From a virus (lineage: Duplodnaviria; Caudoviricetes): a stretch of DNA of 27,751 nucleotides. The notes beneath the pieces are model-generated. The model searched no databases and was not told where the DNA came from. It saw only the letters and a list, made by a program, of their open reading frames with translations. Location: positions 1 through 27,751 of the IMG/VR virus record IMGVR_UViG_3300022178_002083. One strand, 5' to 3'. Shown here in pieces: positions 8,901 through 17,305 of this stretch; position 1 is the first letter of the stretch; every line of letters starts with the position of its first letter. The position numbers and the translations under genes were made by a program.

Positions 8901-11900
8901 GTCTGCGTTTTTGGCAGCGTTAGCTATTAGTGTAGAGAATCGTTTTGCCTGCTGTATTGGTAGCTCACCTAAGTTCAATGTTCTCATTAGGATTTTGATT
9001 TCTTTTAACGTGAGCTTTGTCTGACCTTCTAATTGTTCATCGTCATACAAGAACTCTTCGTCTACGTAATCTTCGTACCAGTCATCAGCGTCATCAGGAA
9101 CATACTCTGTATTTTCTTCTTCAAACTCTTCGTATGTATCCTCATTATATGTTTGTTCTTCCTCTAAAATCTCTTGCTCTCTACGAGCTTCTTGCTGTCT
9201 AGCTTTCTCTAACTCGGCTTCAAGGAAGTCATCTGGCAACTGAGCCTTACCAATCATGGGTGCTATAAACTCTTTACTAATAACACCTTGTATACCGTTA
9301 CCTAACATAGCACGGTTAAGTGCAACATTTGGTGTTAGTTCAGCATCTGTAGGTAAGTTCATGTACGCTAGATACATTGGCGTTGTAGCACGTTTAATTA
9401 AGAAGCCTGTATTCTCATCGGCCTCTCTTATTTGCTTAGTAGTAGCACCATAGTAGTTAGCTGTGTATTTTAATCCTTTTTCTCTAACCATTGTACGTAC
9501 TGGTAGTGCAACACGCATAACGCCAGACGAACCTACTAGAGTACCATCTGGTAAGACCTTCTTCTGCTTAATACCTTTTTTGCGTAGCTTCTCGTCATAT
9601 AAGAAGTTAGCTGTTAATGCATTACCTGCTGAACCCTGTGGTCTGTATTCACCATCTCCACCGGGATTAATAAACGCATCGTCAATGCTATATACGCCTG
9701 CTGTAACCTTAGTAAGCAAGTTTGCTAACACTTGTGTTACTTTACCTGTTCTAGCACCACGACCACCTGTAAACTGTGCAGCCTCATCAACTGGTGCATC
9801 TTTAAAGAATGGACGCATAGCTTCATACCAGTCACCATCTCTATGCTCTTTAGGTGCTTCTGGTAGAGGTGTAAGTGATGCACGTACAATCAACCGATGC
9901 CTGGTCGAGTTTCCACCGTAGTCTGCTGCGTTTGGTGTAAGCTCTTCAAAGTAGTATCCCGCCTTCTGTAATGCTTTGCGGATGACATTGTATTGTTCTG
10001 AATCCTGGTATGCAGGTGCATTTTCAATCGTAAGGTTTTTAGGTTTTACCTCTGTGATTATTCTAGCTAGTTTACGAGCAATCTTCATCTCTAACTTGAA
10101 GTCTTCCTCTGTAACTTTACCTTTTATTCTAGCCGCACTAAATGCCTGGCAAGGTGGTGACATATGTATGAACTGTACACCTTTGTCTATAAGTGTCTGT
10201 GGTTTTAACTTAAGTATGTCTGTAGGAACTTCTGCTGCGCCATGCACTAAGTTATAGTTATCTACAATACCTTGCTCGATCTCAGCTGTTGCTTTTACAT
10301 CAAACCCTAGTAGTTTACCTATACCTAACTCTACTGTACCCATACCAGAAAAGAATGTTGCTATTGGCAATCTAGTATCTTCTTCGATGGGTAACTGGAA
10401 CTTAGCATCATCACGTAAAATCCCTAGTGTTTCTTTCTGCGCTTGCTTCTGCAAACGGAACTTAGGATGATCTGGTGTTACTACATCTGCATTCTTAGCG
10501 AATACTAGCCCACCAATCTGTACAACTTCGTCTGCACCTAGTACAGGCATCCCAACTTTCTCACCCTCTCTAACGTAGAAAAACGAGCGTCTGAAGGGAT
10601 TGTATCCGATCTGAGTCCAAGTAGGGTCGTTCATGACTTCTTCAGCGAGAGCATAGTTTTCTTGGTCTGTAGAGTCTATATACTCACCTTGCATCACAGA
10701 CACAGAAGTTTTGGCTATTTGACCTACCGCAATCTTGGTTGCTGTCATAGTTGGTGACACCATGCGTACATTCTTGGCTCTAGCTGTAGCTGTATACGCA
10801 ATAGCTTTGCCACCCTTGGCATGCATAGTAACTACATACTGGCCTATAGGGTTGCCGTCTGCATCTTTCTTGGTATATGCAGGTATATCGAGTCTTAGTC
10901 CAACAATCGTGCCTGCCTCTGGCTTCTTATTAACTAATGGTGCTTGGTCTTTCTTCAGCACATCTTTCATTTGTTTGGCAGTTGGTAGCTGTGGTAGCAC
11001 ATCAAATCTACGAATAGGGTCAAACTTCTGCTGTATCTCTACAAACTGCTCATATGTAATCTCATTCGCAAAGTAACGCTTGATAGCTTCTACTACTTGA
11101 GGTATGCGATCAAAGTTAAGCATATAGTCCGATGATAGCTGTGCTTTGCCTTGTGGTGCTACCTGGGCAACCTTAGATACACCACTAGTAGGGTAGAACT
11201 TTTTAAGGCCGTCACCCTCAACATAAGTCCCGGTTGTAGGATCAATGACGGCAGTATCCCACATATACCGATCTTTCAGAATATGTAGCACAGGCCGATC
11301 ACCGTTTTCAGATACAATCGCAAATGGGTACGACTCGTGTTCGTATGTTTCGTGTAGTTTTAATGGCCCACGTATTTCTACTACAGCGTATATCTCACCG
11401 CCTTGTTGTCTGGAAACTGTAGGTTGACCTTCTACGGCATTCTTGAGGATTGGTTCAGCTAACATCTCAGCTATGTGACGTAGTCCTACTGTGCCTAGAT
11501 CACCCTTTTGTCTCTCAGCTATTTTAAGAGCAGATGTTTCTTTTTGAGTCTGCCCCTTCTTAACTTCGCCTTTTGGTCTTTCGTAAATTTTAATGCTGTC
11601 GTAGAACGCTAATAGGTCTTTGCCAAGCTCTTCATTTTGTTTAGCTAGTTTGCCAATCTCACGGATTACCTCATTAGCAAATGCACCTCTTTGTTTGAAT
11701 GTAGATACCAATGCGCCTAGCTTTGTTCTAATCTGAGATAGGTCTGCTGTGTCTAACTTAATATGTCTACTTGCTTTCTTGAGGATAGCATCTAGTTCGG
11801 CCTGGCTTAGAGGGAAGTCTGGGTCTAAGGCCATATCAGCAAACAAATCAACAATAGCATTCGAGCCTAGTGTAGAACCAAACTCTTTGCCACGAGGTGC

Positions 11901-14900
11901 TGATGTTAGTGCCATGCGTACTGTGCCACCGTTCTCTACGCCCGCTTTGTTTAGTACGTTAAGTAGGGCTGTTGCACCCCCTTTTGTACTAGCCCAGAAG
12001 TATCCTTGCTCGTTGTACTTGATTGGGTAGTACATACCACCCTTACCTTTTACTAGTATTCTGTTGCCACGAGATATAGAACCAGAGAACAATGCATCTG
12101 GTTGGTGCAATACAATAGAGCTATCCGCAAAGTCTCGTATGCTTCTGTCCCTAGTAATGTAGCCATCCTTCTCTAATTCACGAAACTCTGATGAGTCCAC
12201 ATCATAGAAATATGTCATGCCAGTATCTAGGTCAGAATAACTAGGTTGGAACTTACTTCGACCAAAAGCTGTTTCACCTTCGGATTTGTAGCCTTGAACT
12301 TGTTCTAATCCTATTTCGTCTAGTAAGGCTAAGTCCTCCTCTAAGATGCGCTCACCTCTAGTAGTTTTACCTGCTATGACTTGTAGTAGCTCAATAGCAC
12401 GGCCCTCGCTAGATACTGGTATGACACCCTTAAATATCGTAGCTAAGAAATCTTGTATTCTAGCTTTGAGGCTAGGTTGTAACGCATCGAAGTTATCGGC
12501 TAATATACCCGCTAGTTCTGCTATAACCTCTTCGTTTATATCTTCTTTTATACGTTCGCCTGCCGCAATGTAATACTCACCATCGGCAACACGATCTTCT
12601 TGCAACATCTCCATACCTTCACTAATTAAGCGATCAGAGTATGCAAGGTAAGTAGCTCTAAAGTTAGCTATTCTTTGACGCTGTTTTGCAGGTAGCTTGG
12701 TTTTTGCAAGCATATCATTTAGAATACGATCAGCAGCTACACGAATGTTTTCATCGCTCTTAAACTTCTGGTGAAACACAGCATGTACTACTTCGTGGGC
12801 TACAGTACCCTTTGTGGCTGTTTCTGGGTTAAGCAGAATGCTACTCTTCATATCGTAGTAGCCGTTTCCTATAGAACCAGTTTTGTTAATAAAATCTTGT
12901 TCACTCTGAGCAAATTCAATTGTTACATTAGGTGCTACACCACGTAATGCAATCTCTGCTCTGCGAACCATTTTTTGACGTTGTTTTTCTAGTCTGCGTC
13001 TTTTGCCTTTGTTTTCTTTCTTACGTTTAGGTTGTTCGGATACTTCTGGCTCTGGCGTTTCGAGTGATTCTTCTACTTCTATTTGTTTGCCATCTTTCTC
13101 AACCAACTGTTTAACAGCAGCGTTACGTGCCTCCTCAACAGTCTGTCCTTCTTCTATAATAAGGTTATCGTCATAATCACCATTTAATATCTTAGCAATT
13201 ACCGTTTGAGCAGTTGCATCTACTTCGTATTCATTATCGAACTCAATTCCTTCGACTTGAAATCCTTTGCGCTCTGGCTCATCTAATGCTTCTGGGGTTA
13301 CTTCTTCTGGCTCTTCGGCCTCACCTTTTATAGCTTCATCGTAGGCTTGATTGATAAGTGTATTATATTCCCGTCGGGCATCCATGTTGCCGTACACAGC
13401 ATTAACAAATACATCAGCCTTTGCTTCGTCTCTAATTAATCCTCTTAGTTCTGCCTCGCTATAAATTGTAGCAAACTGGTCGAAGTCATAGTCTGTAAGA
13501 ATCTCGCCCTGCATTGTAACCAGGCCAGTTTCATCATAGATTTGTCCTGCCTTCTGTTCTTCGATCTTAAACTTCTTGGCTAGTTCAATTCCATCATATG
13601 TCTTATTGATTTCTTGAGTTACGGCCTTAAAAGTAGACTCATTACCTGCCGCATTTGCCATTTCACGAGCATATTCTTTTGCTTGAGCAGGCGTAAAACC
13701 CATATCTATAAGGTTTGATTCTGTTTGAGTTATATAGTTTTTAGCCTGTATACCCCTCATAGCAGCGCCGGGTACCGCTAGTACACTTGATATACGCAAT
13801 GCACCTATAGTTGAGTCTTTAAATCCATCAAAAAAATCTACTTTTTCTTTGTTGAGGCCATACTTTTCATTAGCAACACTAACACCTTGGTTGTATATTA
13901 GATTATATAAAGCCTGCTGACTGTTTTCTTCTAGTACGTTTTCTAAAGAAAGGCCCGCTGTTTTAGCTAGGTGTCCTACAAAAGTAGTAGTGAATTGACG
14001 TTGTAGTTTTGCAGGGTTAACATTTAACTTACCTGCTAATTTTATAAATGCTTTTGACTGATAGTATTCAATAGCACCAGAGCCTGCTGCATAAACACTA
14101 GCCATTGCGTTAGCTAGACCGTATCTTTCCATTAAAGCGTCATACTCTTCATCATTACCAGTAAACTCTTCTCTGGTGGGTAGTATTCTTGGTACGTCAA
14201 ACAAATTTTCAAATGCCTCAAGACTGTGTTTCTTTTCTTGAGAATACATAAAAGCTATACCATATTGAATAGGAAGAAAACCACCTGCTAGGTTGGGTGC
14301 GTTACTAAGAGTAGCCGCAATAGCAGCAGATATAGAAAAGAAGTTCTCATCTCCCGCCTTAGTTCGTAACTCTTCCATATCGGTTTTCATTCCTTCAGGA
14401 ACAAGTTCAATAAACTGGTCTATCTTAGAAGCAATAACCTGCGCTTTTTGTTTAGCACGTTTCTTTTCATCTTCTGTATCTAATGGATTAAAGGTATTAG
14501 TCATACCATCTAGCATAGGATTGCCTGTGGTAATATTTCCAGATGCTGTATTTAATGTAAAAATTCTTGATGCTTCTTCGAGTACACCTTCAGCAGATGT
14601 AAGAAACTCACCTACTGTGCCGCTAACGTACTCTCCAAATTTCATTTCCTCAAAGTCACCGCTGTAATATTGGAACTCTCTGCCTAGCTCCTCTTTAATA
14701 GCCGTGTAATCGATCATAGGTGTATCGACTTTGAATCTTTGTCTAATAAACGCATCGACCTCTTGATCGTCCATCTGACGGCCATATTGAGCGTTAAATC
14801 CACTTCCGTATCTTTGTCTAACAAACTCCCTCGTAGCGACACGATCGACCTGTAGCATACCCATATCGCTGCTGTAGAACTCTCTGTCAGACAAGTCGGT

Positions 14901-15002
14901 TGTTTCACGAACTGGATTGTACATCAACGCATCAAATGGACTATGAGTCAAAGTGCGGGCAGTAGGAACACTACCCCCAAGTGGTCTTTTATTTTCTAGC
15001 AT
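5910..15002 (-). CDS. giant polyvalent internal virion/ejection protein (gp16 position) with zincin metallopeptidase and C5-cytosine DNA methyltransferase domains
   Basis: 3030 aa, last of three genes after tail tubular B. HEVVH at 12783-12797 with downstream NEEVIAE. MTase motifs FFSGMG, SPPCQAFS, IENAP, RHR and LGNGI between ~10370 and ~9250. Long coiled-coil C-terminal half. Confidence 0.85.
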   Translation of the reverse strand: MLENKRPLGGSVPTARTLTHSPFDALMYNPVRETTDLSDREFYSSDMGMLQVDRVATREFVRQRYGSGFNAQYGRQMDDQEVDAFIRQRFKVDTPMIDYTAIKEELGREFQYYSGDFEEMKFGEYVSGTVGEFLTSAEGVLEEASRIFTLNTASGNITTGNPMLDGMTNTFNPLDTEDEKKRAKQKAQVIASKIDQFIELVPEGMKTDMEELRTKAGDENFFSISAAIAATLSNAPNLAGGFLPIQYGIAFMYSQEKKHSLEAFENLFDVPRILPTREEFTGNDEEYDALMERYGLANAMASVYAAGSGAIEYYQSKAFIKLAGKLNVNPAKLQRQFTTTFVGHLAKTAGLSLENVLEENSQQALYNLIYNQGVSVANEKYGLNKEKVDFFDGFKDSTIGALRISSVLAVPGAAMRGIQAKNYITQTESNLIDMGFTPAQAKEYAREMANAAGNESTFKAVTQEINKTYDGIELAKKFKIEEQKAGQIYDETGLVTMQGEILTDYDFDQFATIYSEAELRGLIRDEAKADVFVNAVYGNMDARREYNTLINQAYDEAIKGEAEEPEEVTPEALDEPERKGFQVEGIEFDNEYEVDATAQTVIAKILNGDYDDNLIIEEGQTVEEARNAAVKQLVEKDGKQIEVEESLETPEPEVSEQPKRKKENKGKRRRLEKQRQKMVRRAEIALRGVAPNVTIEFAQSEQDFINKTGSIGNGYYDMKSSILLNPETATKGTVAHEVVHAVFHQKFKSDENIRVAADRILNDMLAKTKLPAKQRQRIANFRATYLAYSDRLISEGMEMLQEDRVADGEYYIAAGERIKEDINEEVIAELAGILADNFDALQPSLKARIQDFLATIFKGVIPVSSEGRAIELLQVIAGKTTRGERILEEDLALLDEIGLEQVQGYKSEGETAFGRSKFQPSYSDLDTGMTYFYDVDSSEFRELEKDGYITRDRSIRDFADSSIVLHQPDALFSGSISRGNRILVKGKGGMYYPIKYNEQGYFWASTKGGATALLNVLNKAGVENGGTVRMALTSAPRGKEFGSTLGSNAIVDLFADMALDPDFPLSQAELDAILKKASRHIKLDTADLSQIRTKLGALVSTFKQRGAFANEVIREIGKLAKQNEELGKDLLAFYDSIKIYERPKGEVKKGQTQKETSALKIAERQKGDLGTVGLRHIAEMLAEPILKNAVEGQPTVSRQQGGEIYAVVEIRGPLKLHETYEHESYPFAIVSENGDRPVLHILKDRYMWDTAVIDPTTGTYVEGDGLKKFYPTSGVSKVAQVAPQGKAQLSSDYMLNFDRIPQVVEAIKRYFANEITYEQFVEIQQKFDPIRRFDVLPQLPTAKQMKDVLKKDQAPLVNKKPEAGTIVGLRLDIPAYTKKDADGNPIGQYVVTMHAKGGKAIAYTATARAKNVRMVSPTMTATKIAVGQIAKTSVSVMQGEYIDSTDQENYALAEEVMNDPTWTQIGYNPFRRSFFYVREGEKVGMPVLGADEVVQIGGLVFAKNADVVTPDHPKFRLQKQAQKETLGILRDDAKFQLPIEEDTRLPIATFFSGMGTVELGIGKLLGFDVKATAEIEQGIVDNYNLVHGAAEVPTDILKLKPQTLIDKGVQFIHMSPPCQAFSAARIKGKVTEEDFKLEMKIARKLARIITEVKPKNLTIENAPAYQDSEQYNVIRKALQKAGYYFEELTPNAADYGGNSTRHRLIVRASLTPLPEAPKEHRDGDWYEAMRPFFKDAPVDEAAQFTGGRGARTGKVTQVLANLLTKVTAGVYSIDDAFINPGGDGEYRPQGSAGNALTANFLYDEKLRKKGIKQKKVLPDGTLVGSSGVMRVALPVRTMVREKGLKYTANYYGATTKQIREADENTGFLIKRATTPMYLAYMNLPTDAELTPNVALNRAMLGNGIQGVISKEFIAPMIGKAQLPDDFLEAELEKARQQEARREQEILEEEQTYNEDTYEEFEEENTEYVPDDADDWYEDYVDEEFLYDDEQLEGQTKLTLKEIKILMRTLNLGELPIQQAKRFSTLIANAAKNADPIDVKNLAIDALENDLILSDQQHAMLVYRVTQLRNELNEIRDSIEQSTSQNTIVDLSKQYEDRLAEISLLVRADARSGSATGRALNARRIALNEDYSLVSIIRRATYAKQRLGNTDDLTEEELKNLSELSEEFEASRQAVEDYRRKQETTVRDQDRKAGKLFIDQEVKSVGTKAGKKTLSQKDKLIERMQKKGYDITGFGKSQMYAISPSLATDIREMAKVLIQEGYRDLDDIVGEIRGVLPDVLDFDIYGAISGRIQRIPKTESEARKVLKALTLQSDLMVQINNAMDEIFDPKRVQRPKSAEVQNLRNILNKLKEAHSASVKEDAAVARMLTEISNIEIYLDEISRPIRPQKKEQSERIKKAAEQLFTKRAELRAQDRLLLLRTIIDYGEPPKFARNTRHPQSQRLEAFRTEIKELELQIKEARRIKNDAERKARVEAEQKARLEELSNQVAGWYRANVAPKQREQLNDVQLSIKEKQKLLRQQDRIGELNEILATGRLPEKEKPQITDPMGYGETIEELRQQIRDTEWYQQAQQIKFEEKRKENVKAKIAEQERIMNERDFATYLNPKEKKEIMDEELKLLLDVQARNERLIRRAINDLKPRTTFEQIADWAALPRAFMATADMSAVFRQGFLLGVRHPKEFVKSVGIAAKAMLDPTFASQVMTILENDEMSLIREGAGLFFSSLDTGLNISEEAFSSKALDVIYKLPGVGKPVSVVMGASERHMVIMLNVMRAAAFDAFVEANPNATQLELKSMAHYINTASGRGDLYQLEAGAQFLSTLMFSPRFAASRFFVAPEAVGKMYKGFVKNEERAVAEEIAKQWASLITTYSIVFGFALLAGAEVGDDPEESDFGLIKFGRTRMDLFAGMGPNFRLLAKASDAAVKRLSGEEVKVDITQQALNTFFKYKASPWISGSAELLTGKRYVTREDIAWYRVLGERAMPISLANVWEGIENDHAFNEIATELAGEFVGLSMQTRTEKKKKKVKRIKLPTY

Positions 15003-15004
15003 TA

Positions 15005-16693
15005 TTATCCTTCTGCCGGGAGTTGGCCTTGTCTTTCAAGTTCTCGCTGTGCATCAGTAGCCCTTCTTACTCCTGGGTCACCTGTGCTTAATTTTGGTGG
15101 AATATAATATTCTTCAAAGATAGTTGGTCTAGCTAGAGGTGTGTTAACCCCAAATGCTTTCTGGAATATGACTTTTGTTTTATACTCTAGGTACTCACCA
15201 AACTGTTCATTAATAAAATCATATACAACATTTCTGTTATTAATGTTATCTACTAGGTTTCCATCATTATCAAACTGTAGTCGAGCAGAGCCAACTTGTT
15301 CAGCTCGTGCGGCAGTTGCTCTAAATTCATCTCTAGCAGTTATTTGTTTCATTCTGCCAGTACCTCTTTCAACGGTAACTTCTGGCTCTTTACCAATAAC
15401 AGCCTTTCTGCCTTCTTTAATAAAGTTCATGATGGCCTGGCGTTTAAGCACCATGTCACCTTTTTTCATTTCTATTGGCATAAAGGTAGTAGCGTCATCG
15501 TACATATTCCAATAGTTCTCCCACACCCATGCGTCATCGCTGTCGTACACACTTTCTTTGTTACCTTTTACAAATACATTGAATCCTTGTGGTGTACGCA
15601 TAGCGTCTAACATCTCTTCTTTGTACGCTACCTTTAATTGTTCTGGCATATTGCTAGTTGTAACCAATTCAAATATACCGTCAAACTCTGCGGCAGAATC
15701 ACCTCTAAATGTACCAGACCACAACTTTTGTATTCTTGCATCTAATACATCTAAATCAACAGCATCTTCTACGTCCACGTATCCTGTTCTTAAAGTATCG
15801 ATTTGACGTTGTATTTGTATCTTGTAGGCCGCTCTTTGTGCTTCTGGTATATCTAGTGCTGCTAGTTGGTCAAAATCAAGAGTGCCTGCTTTTAGCATCT
15901 TCTCTGCTTCATCTATATTTGTAGATATTGTTTGATTGTAGTATTTAGTAGCAGCTTCGTTAGCTATTTGTAGAACCATGCCTTGGTCTGATTCGCTCAT
16001 GCTTTTATATCTAGGGTCTTCAGTTAACGCATTAATTTGATCTAATGTAGTTGCTGATTTAGCTTTAGACTCAAAGTATGCTTTGTTTGTTTCAGATATA
16101 AAATTGTCTTTGCTTACTGTTGTTATGTATCCTGCCTCAACCATTTGATCTAGCTGATCTATACCTTTATCATACTTCTCTGTATCACCAGATAACATTA
16201 GAAGAGACGCTTCTTCCTGTATGGTTGAAATATAATTAGCTGTAGACTTCTTCACACGGTCGAGTCTCTCGGACTGTATCATGTTGCCAAAGTCCATATC
16301 AGCACGTTCCATAATACGGCCGATTACTCTATCTGAGTAACCTTTGTTTTGTAGCACGTTTCGAAACTCAAGAATTCTGGGTTGCAACACTTTTTCTTCG
16401 TAGTTCATAAACCCTATTTCTGGTCTTTTTCTTAATATTTCTTCTTTTTCAAGTAGCATTTGATTCTGGAAATCAAGCATCAGTTGATTAGCTTCTGATT
16501 CAGCAGCCTCATCTTTTAGTAGTTCGTATCTTTCGATGCCCTTCTGTACACCTTTACCCAGGTTCTCTATGCCACCTGCTATGCTATCTGCAACCTGGCC
16601 AAGTGCTTGTATCTCTGCTGATGGGTCATACTGCACACCCGGTGCTTGGTCACTAACTCTAGATTGTTGCTGAAATAATGGTATCTTTGGCAT
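15005..16693 (-). CDS. internal virion/ejection protein (gp15 position)
   Basis: 562 aa, helical, MPKIPLF N-terminus typical of this position; synteny. Confidence 0.65.
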   Translation of the reverse strand: MPKIPLFQQQSRVSDQAPGVQYDPSAEIQALGQVADSIAGGIENLGKGVQKGIERYELLKDEAAESEANQLMLDFQNQMLLEKEEILRKRPEIGFMNYEEKVLQPRILEFRNVLQNKGYSDRVIGRIMERADMDFGNMIQSERLDRVKKSTANYISTIQEEASLLMLSGDTEKYDKGIDQLDQMVEAGYITTVSKDNFISETNKAYFESKAKSATTLDQINALTEDPRYKSMSESDQGMVLQIANEAATKYYNQTISTNIDEAEKMLKAGTLDFDQLAALDIPEAQRAAYKIQIQRQIDTLRTGYVDVEDAVDLDVLDARIQKLWSGTFRGDSAAEFDGIFELVTTSNMPEQLKVAYKEEMLDAMRTPQGFNVFVKGNKESVYDSDDAWVWENYWNMYDDATTFMPIEMKKGDMVLKRQAIMNFIKEGRKAVIGKEPEVTVERGTGRMKQITARDEFRATAARAEQVGSARLQFDNDGNLVDNINNRNVVYDFINEQFGEYLEYKTKVIFQKAFGVNTPLARPTIFEEYYIPPKLSTGDPGVRRATDAQRELERQGQLPAEG

Positions 16694-16702
16694 AACTAAT
16701 TC

Positions 16703-17305
16703 CTATGGTCTTCGTAAATATGAAGGTATCTGGTTACCCGTTAAATTAAATACTGGCTCTGGCATTGCTCTTGTAACAAAACTGTCAACTCGTATTGAAG
16801 GGTCTAACTGAAATGGTGTTTCTGTCGTTCCGGGAACATCAAATGATGAAGCAATTTTACCTACTCCAGAAAGTATACCACCTAGCAATGTAGCTCTAGA
16901 TTTTACTCTAGATAAGTAAAGTGCATTCTGACCTTGATATAGTGTCATGTCTTTACCTGCTCTTGCGTGTTGAGCCTCAATCATTCTTGTTCTTCGGTTA
17001 TTGTTTGCTTCTAGAGACATCTCTTCTATCTGTTCGAGCATAACCTCTAGTGGTGTATCTTCTGTAATTACAGCACCGCCTTTAGCAAACCCTGCTTTTT
17101 GTGTAGCCTGTAGCCTGCGAAACTGTCTATTTGCTATATCGCTTTCGGCTCTTGATGCGTACTCAATCGCTAACGCTTTGTTTTCATATAACTTAGCATT
17201 GTACTCTGCTGCTTGTGCTTCAGCTTGTCCTTGCGCTCGTTGCGCTTTAGCCGATATACTTGCACCGATAACACCTGTAAATGCGCTTACTAATGTTCCA
17301 AACAT
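16703..17305 (-). CDS. internal virion/ejection protein (gp14 position)
   Basis: Gly/Ala-rich hydrophobic N-terminus, AQAAEYNA, QKAGFAKGG and a late Gly-rich segment; synteny. Confidence 0.7.
   Translation of the reverse strand: MFGTLVSAFTGVIGASISAKAQRAQGQAEAQAAEYNAKLYENKALAIEYASRAESDIANRQFRRLQATQKAGFAKGGAVITEDTPLEVMLEQIEEMSLEANNNRRTRMIEAQHARAGKDMTLYQGQNALYLSRVKSRATLLGGILSGVGKIASSFDVPGTTETPFQLDPSIRVDSFVTRAMPEPVFNLTGNQIPSYLRRP

Noticed and set aside
9250-10372. MTase as an intein, intron or separate frameshifted gene, or as part of an R-M pair
   Set aside because: The frame is continuous, there are no intein terminal motifs at the boundaries, and no cognate endonuclease was recognised.
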